A DNA stretch of 64,000 nt, taken from Rhynchopus sp. YZ270_cl-10 (lineage: Eukaryota). Below are positions 58,600 through 64,000 of the stretch, piece after piece. Positions within the stretch are counted from its first letter, which is position 1. Each line of letters starts with the position of its first letter. Both the position numbers and the translations under genes were made by a program. The notes below the pieces were generated by a model. It ran no database searches and was not told where the DNA came from. It saw nothing but the letters and a program-made list of their open reading frames with translations. The stretch lies in contig OZ037838.1 in assembly GCA_964035575.1 (NCBI GenBank), positions 1,984,001-2,048,000 of the forward strand, written 5' to 3'.

Positions 58600-59389
58600 A
58601 CTAGAAGAAAGCTCGCTAAAATGTGGCAGGATGGTGTGGTTGTGAGGTATATGGCTCCGCCGCGAATTAATGTTGAAAAGATTAGTATCATTCAGCAAAT
58701 GCAGAAATGATGTGCCTATTCATTCATAGAAAACCTGAAATGACACGGAAAAGTCGAAAAAATGAGGGAGGATGTAGTTTTGAGGCACGTTGCTACGCCG
58801 CGAATTATTGATACATGCTGCTGACATGACTGATACAGTAAAAGATTATCAGAAAAGGTCACTGAAATGTAGCAGGATTTACCCACTAAATATTTGGACA
58901 AAAACTGCTAAATTTAGCAGTTTAGCAGTGTGTTTAAGGAAGGATATTTTGCTCCGCCGCTAATATTGACACATAAGAGACTGTGGTTGTTAAGCTGTTT
59001 GGATCCGCCGCAAAATTACTCACAGGGATAAGAAAGCTCGCCAACATGTAGCAAGCTTGTCTGGTTGTGGTGTGGTTGCTCCGCCGCTATTAATTTTTCA
59101 GGTTTGCATGACTATAAGAAAGTTTGCACAGTTTGCACAATGTTATTTACTATCATCTCCGGGGAAGACTGCTACCAGTGTCAAAATAATGGTACTTGTG
59201 TGCTTGGCTATTTTCCACACATCTTAACGTAAGGAAGGCACGTTTATTTTGAGACTTCCCATGTTTGACAAAGTTGTGTGGCAAGCGATAATCGTTGTGC
59301 TTCCAATGAACAACGACACTGTTCTAAATACTGACTTGTGCTGGGAAACCTGTCATCAATGTCAAAAATATGGTGGTTTTCTGTTTTCT

Positions 59390-62300
59390 AAAATCATGTA
59401 AAAACTGATACATGCATTTTAAGTCAAAAATACCCATTTCTCAGTGCAAATTGACCCCACCACAGCACGCACAGACTCCAGAGACCCAAAATCAAAATTT
59501 TTTTTTTTTGATTTTTTGTAGGCAAAAATTGCTTGGAAAATTTTTTGGTCAAAAATCCTGGTTTTTGGGGTATCATACATGTGTATGACCAATTTTCAGG
59601 TGGTCAAAAGTGGTGTCTGACCCCCATGTCCAGGTTATGGAAATGTCCTATGAAGCCATTGCGAAGGAATTTGGTACTTTTGAGCATTGCACATTATGTA
59701 CTGACCAAAAAACCCACACAATACCCCAAAAACACCAAAAAACATGTAAAAACTGAAACATGAATTTTAGGTCAAAAATACCCATTTCTCAGCGCAAATT
59801 GACCCCATCACAGCACACACAGACTCCGGAGAGCCAAAATCAAAAATTTTTTTTTTCGATTTTTTGTAGGCAAAAATTGCTGGGAAAAATTTTTTGGTCA
59901 AAATCCTGGTTTTTGGGGTCTCATACGTGTGTATGACCAAATTTTAGCTGCTCTAATGTGGTGTCTGACCCCCATGTTCAGGTTATGGAAATGTCCTATG
60001 AAGCGATTGTCGAAGGAATTTTGTACTTTTGAGCATTGCACATTATGTACTGACCAAAAAACCCACCTAAAACCCCCAAAACACCAAAAATCATGTAAAA
60101 ACTGATACATGCATTTTAGGTCAAAAATACCCATTTCTCAGCGCAAATTGACCCCATCACAGCACACACAGACTCCGGAGACCCAAAATCAAAAATATTT
60201 TTTTTCGATTTTTTGTAGGCAAAAATTGCTGGGAAAAATTTTTTGGTCAAAATCCTGGTTTTTGGGGTCTCACACATGTGTATTACCAAATTTTAGGTGG
60301 TCAAAAGTTGAGTCTGACCCCCATGTCCAGGTTATGGAAATGTCCTATGAAGCGATTGTCGAAGGAATTTTGTACTTTTGAGCATCAGAAATTAGGTACT
60401 GACCAAAAAACCCACCTAAAACCCCAAAAACACCAAAAATCATGTAAAAACTGATACATGCATTTTAGGTCAAAAATACCCATTTCTCAGCGCAAATTGA
60501 CCCCATCACTGCACGCACAGACTCCGGAGAGCCAAAATCAAAAATTTTTTTTTTCGATTTTTTGTAGGCAAAAATTGCTGGGAAAAATTTTTTGGTCAAA
60601 ATCCTGGTTTTTGGGGTCTCATACGTGTGTATGACCAAATTTTAGCTGCTCTAATGTGGTGTCTGACCCCCATGTTCAGGTTATGGAAATGTCCTATGAA
60701 GCGATTGTCGAAGGAATTTTGTACTTTTGAGCATTGCACATTATGTACTGACCAAAAAACCCACCTAAAACCCCCAAAACACCAAAAATCATGTAAAAAC
60801 TGATACATGCATTTTAGGTCAAAAATACCCATTTCTCAGCGCAAATTGACCCCATCACAGCACACACAGACTCCGGAGACCCAAAATCAAAAATATTTTT
60901 TTTCGATTTTTTGTAGGCAAAAATTGCTGGGAAAAATTTTTTGGTCAAAATCCTGGTTTTTGGGGTCTCACACATGTGTATTACCAAATTTTAGGTGGTC
61001 AAAAGTTGAGTCTGACCCCCATGTCCAGGTTATGGAAATGTCCTATGAAGCGATTGTCGAAGGAATTTTGTACTTTTGAGCATCAGAAATTAGGTACTGA
61101 CCAAAAAACCCACCTAAAACCCCAAAAACACCAAAAATCATGTAAAAACTGATACATGCATTTTAGGTCAAAAATACCCATTTCTCAGCGCAAATTGACC
61201 CCATCACAGCACACACAGACTCCGGAGACCCAAAATCAAAAATATTTTTTTTCGATTTTTTGTAGGCAAAAATTGCTGGGAAAAATTTTTTGGTCAAAAT
61301 CCTGGTTTTTGGGGTCTCATACGTGTGTATGACCAAATTTTAGCTGCTCTAATGTGGTGTCTGACCCCCATGTTCAGGTTATGGAAATGTCCTATGAAGC
61401 GATTGTCGAAGGAATTTTGTACTTTTGAGCATTGCACATTATGTACTGACCAAAAAACCCACCTAAAACCCCCAAAACACCAAAAATCATGTAAAAACTG
61501 ATACATGCATTTTAGGTCAAAAATACCCATTTCTCAGCGCAAATTGACCCCATCACAGCACACACAGACTCCGGAGACCCAAAATCAAAAATATTTTTTT
61601 TCGATTTTTTGTAGGCAAAAATTGCTGGGAAAAATTTTTTGGTCAAAATCCTGGTTTTTGGGGTCTCACACATGTGTATTACCAAATTTTAGGTGGTCAA
61701 AAGTTGAGTCTGACCCCCATGTCCAGGTTATGGAAATGTCCTATGAAGCGATTGTCGAAGGAATTTTGTACTTTTGAGCATCAGAAATTAGGTACTGACC
61801 AAAAAACCCACCTAAAACCCCAAAAACACCAAAAATCATGTAAAAACTGATACATGCATTTTAGGTCAAAAATACCCATTTCTCAGCGCAAATTGACCCC
61901 ATCACTGCACGCACAGACTCCGGAGAGCCAAAATCAAAATTTTTTTTTTTCGATTTTTTGTAGGCAAAAATTGGTGGGAAAATTTTTTTTGGTCAAAAAT
62001 CCTGGTTTTTGGGTCTCATACATGTGTATGACCAAATTTCAGGTGGTCAAAAGTGGTGTCTGACCCCCATGTCCAGGTTATGGAAATGTCCTATGAAGCC
62101 ATTGCCGAAGGAATTTTGTACTTTTGAGCATCAGAAATTAGGTACTGACCAAAAAACCCACACAAAACCCAAAAACACCAAAAATCATGTAAAAACTGAT
62201 ACATGCATTTTAGGTCAAAAATACCCATTTCTCAGCGCAAATTGACCCCACCACAGCACGCACAGACTCCGGAGAGCCAAAATCAAAAAATTTTTTTTTC

Positions 62301-62490
62301 GATTTTTTGTAGGCAAAAATTGCTGGGAAAAATTTTTTGGTCAAAATCCTGGTTTTTGGGGTCTCATACATGTGTATGACCAAATTTTAGGTGGTCAAAA
62401 GTGGAGTCTGACCCCCATGTCCAGGTTATGGAAATGTCATATGAAGCCATTGCTGAAGGAATTTTGCACTTTTGCGCATCAACAATTATG
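59390..62490. repeat. 349-bp satellite, about 9 copies, with a 698-bp A/B dimer periodicity
   Basis: AAAATCATGTAAAAACTGATACATGC recurs every ~349 bp; identical ORFs at 59898, 60596 and 61294 (offset 698). Confidence 0.9.
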
Positions 62491-63104
62491 TACTGGGCAT
62501 TTTTCCCACACAAATTTGACCCAGTACTCAAGGACAATTTGACCTTGGTTCTTCTCTCAGGGTCTTCTGACCAATTTTTAACATGTCTAAAATGGTATCT
62601 GACCCCCATGTCCAGGTCATAAAAACGCCCAATCAGTCCATTAAAGCCACAGATTTGATGTTTTGAGTAGTTGTGGTTAAATGTGGCCCAATTTTCCCAG
62701 CCAAAAAATGACCCCAAAAATCACGAAAAAAAATATTTTAAAGCCGATACACTTACACACCTAAATTTGGCCCAATATGTCCAATGTGGTCCTCCAGGGT
62801 TGCAATGGCCTCATTTTATGGGCATACTGGCCATATTTCATACTTATGTCACATTTTGAAATTTTCGTCACATACAATACACACACCTTAGAACCACAAA
62901 ATATCGTCAATTCCTTCACAAAAATAGCCGTGAAATGCCGCACCCATTTTAGGTATCTTCAGAAAATGCTAACATCCAAACCCAGTACATTACGTCGTTT
63001 TTGGGCCCCAATCTACCGGAGTGTATTATCAGAAATACTGGGACCACGCGATCCAGCAATCCTGCAGCGTCGCCATTTTGTACCCCTCAAACCCGTAATA
63101 ACTA

Positions 63105-63578
63105 GAAACCCGCAAACCCGCAAACCCGCAAACCCGCAAACCCGCAAACCCGCAAACCCGCAAACCCGCAAACCCGCAAACCCGCAAACCCGCAAACCCG
63201 CAAACCCGCAAACCCGCAAACCCGCAAACCCGCAAACCCGCAAACCCGCAAACCCGCAAACCCGCAAACCCGCAAACCCGCAAACCCGCAAACCCGCAAA
63301 CCCGCAAACCCGCAAACCCGCAAACCCGTAAAACCCGCAAACCCGCAAACCCGCAAACCCGCAAACCCGCAAACCCGCAAACCCGCAAACCCGCAAACCC
63401 GCAAACCCGCAAACCCGCAAACCCGCAAACCCGCAAACCCGCAAACCCGCAAACCCGCAAACCCGCAAACCCGCAAACCCGCAAACCCGCAAACCCGCAA
63501 ACCCGCAAACCCGCAAACCCGCAAACCCGCAAACCCGCAAACCCGCAAACCCGCAAACCCGCAAACCCGCAAACCCGC
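63105..63578. repeat. (GCAAACCC)n octamer tract, about 59 copies
   Basis: Directly visible. Confidence 0.95.
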
Positions 63579-64000
63579 ACTAGAAGAAAGCTCGCTAAAA
63601 TGTGGCAGGATGGTGTGGTTGTGAGGTATATGGCTCCGCCGCGAATTAATGTTGAAAAGATTAGTATCATTCAGCAAATGCAGAAATGATGTGCCTATTC
63701 ATTCATAGAAAACCTGAAATGACACGGAAAAGTCGAAAAAATGAGGGAGGATGTAGTTTTGAGGCACGTTGCTACGCCGCGAATTATTGATACATGCTGC
63801 TGACATGACTGATACAGTAAAAGATTATCAGAAAAGGTCACTGAAATGTAGCAGGATTTACCCACTAAATATTTGGACAAAAACTGCTAAATTTAGCAGT
63901 TTAGCAGTGTGTTTAAGGAAGGATATTTTGCTCCGCCGCTAATATTGACACATAAGAGACTGTGGTTGTTAAGCTGTTTGGATCCGCCGCAAAATTACTC

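Larger units (their letters stand above)
58600..63578. repeat. 4979-bp macro-repeat unit; a second copy begins at 63579 and runs off the window
   Basis: 58600-59020 is reproduced at 63579-64000. Confidence 0.85.

Noticed and set aside
58357..58698. ORFs running through (GCAAACCC)n and across the N gaps
   Set aside because: Stop-free octamer repeats and N runs create artefactual ORFs.
58600..63105. Canonical Helitron, from the CTAG at the unit ends
   Set aside because: No convincing GC-rich subterminal hairpin, and no 5'-TC with an A|T target could be assigned.

Overview
Eukaryotic, intron-poor and repeat-rich DNA, most likely from a euglenozoan protist such as a diplonemid (inferred from gene families and polypyrimidine-AG sites just before start codons). 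Positions 1-23.4 kb hold a nodulin-like MFS transporter and three tandem TM-ectodomain-TM-HAMP-class III cyclase-like receptor genes. Their catalytic motifs are degenerate, two copies are frameshifted, and tandem repeats separate them. Positions 23.7-46 kb are an array of a ~761-bp non-autonomous Helentron/DINE-1-like element, tandem and nested into itself without target duplication. Positions 46.0-55.5 kb hold a long CRE/SLACS-like RT-RLE retrotransposon whose single ~2970-aa ORF has an OTU-like protease on each side of the RT-RLE core. Its 5' UTR folds into a complete HDV-like ribozyme whose P1 5' strand (the cleavage site) is present eight times as an 18-bp tandem repeat. A second, 5'-truncated relative is split by the two 200-N gaps. 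Its reading frame joins exactly if 44107-58156 is reverse-complemented, so that block is probably mis-oriented in the scaffold. Positions 58.4-64 kb are a 4979-bp macro-repeat containing a 349-bp satellite and (GCAAACCC)n tracts. All calls are from manual reading; no searches were run.
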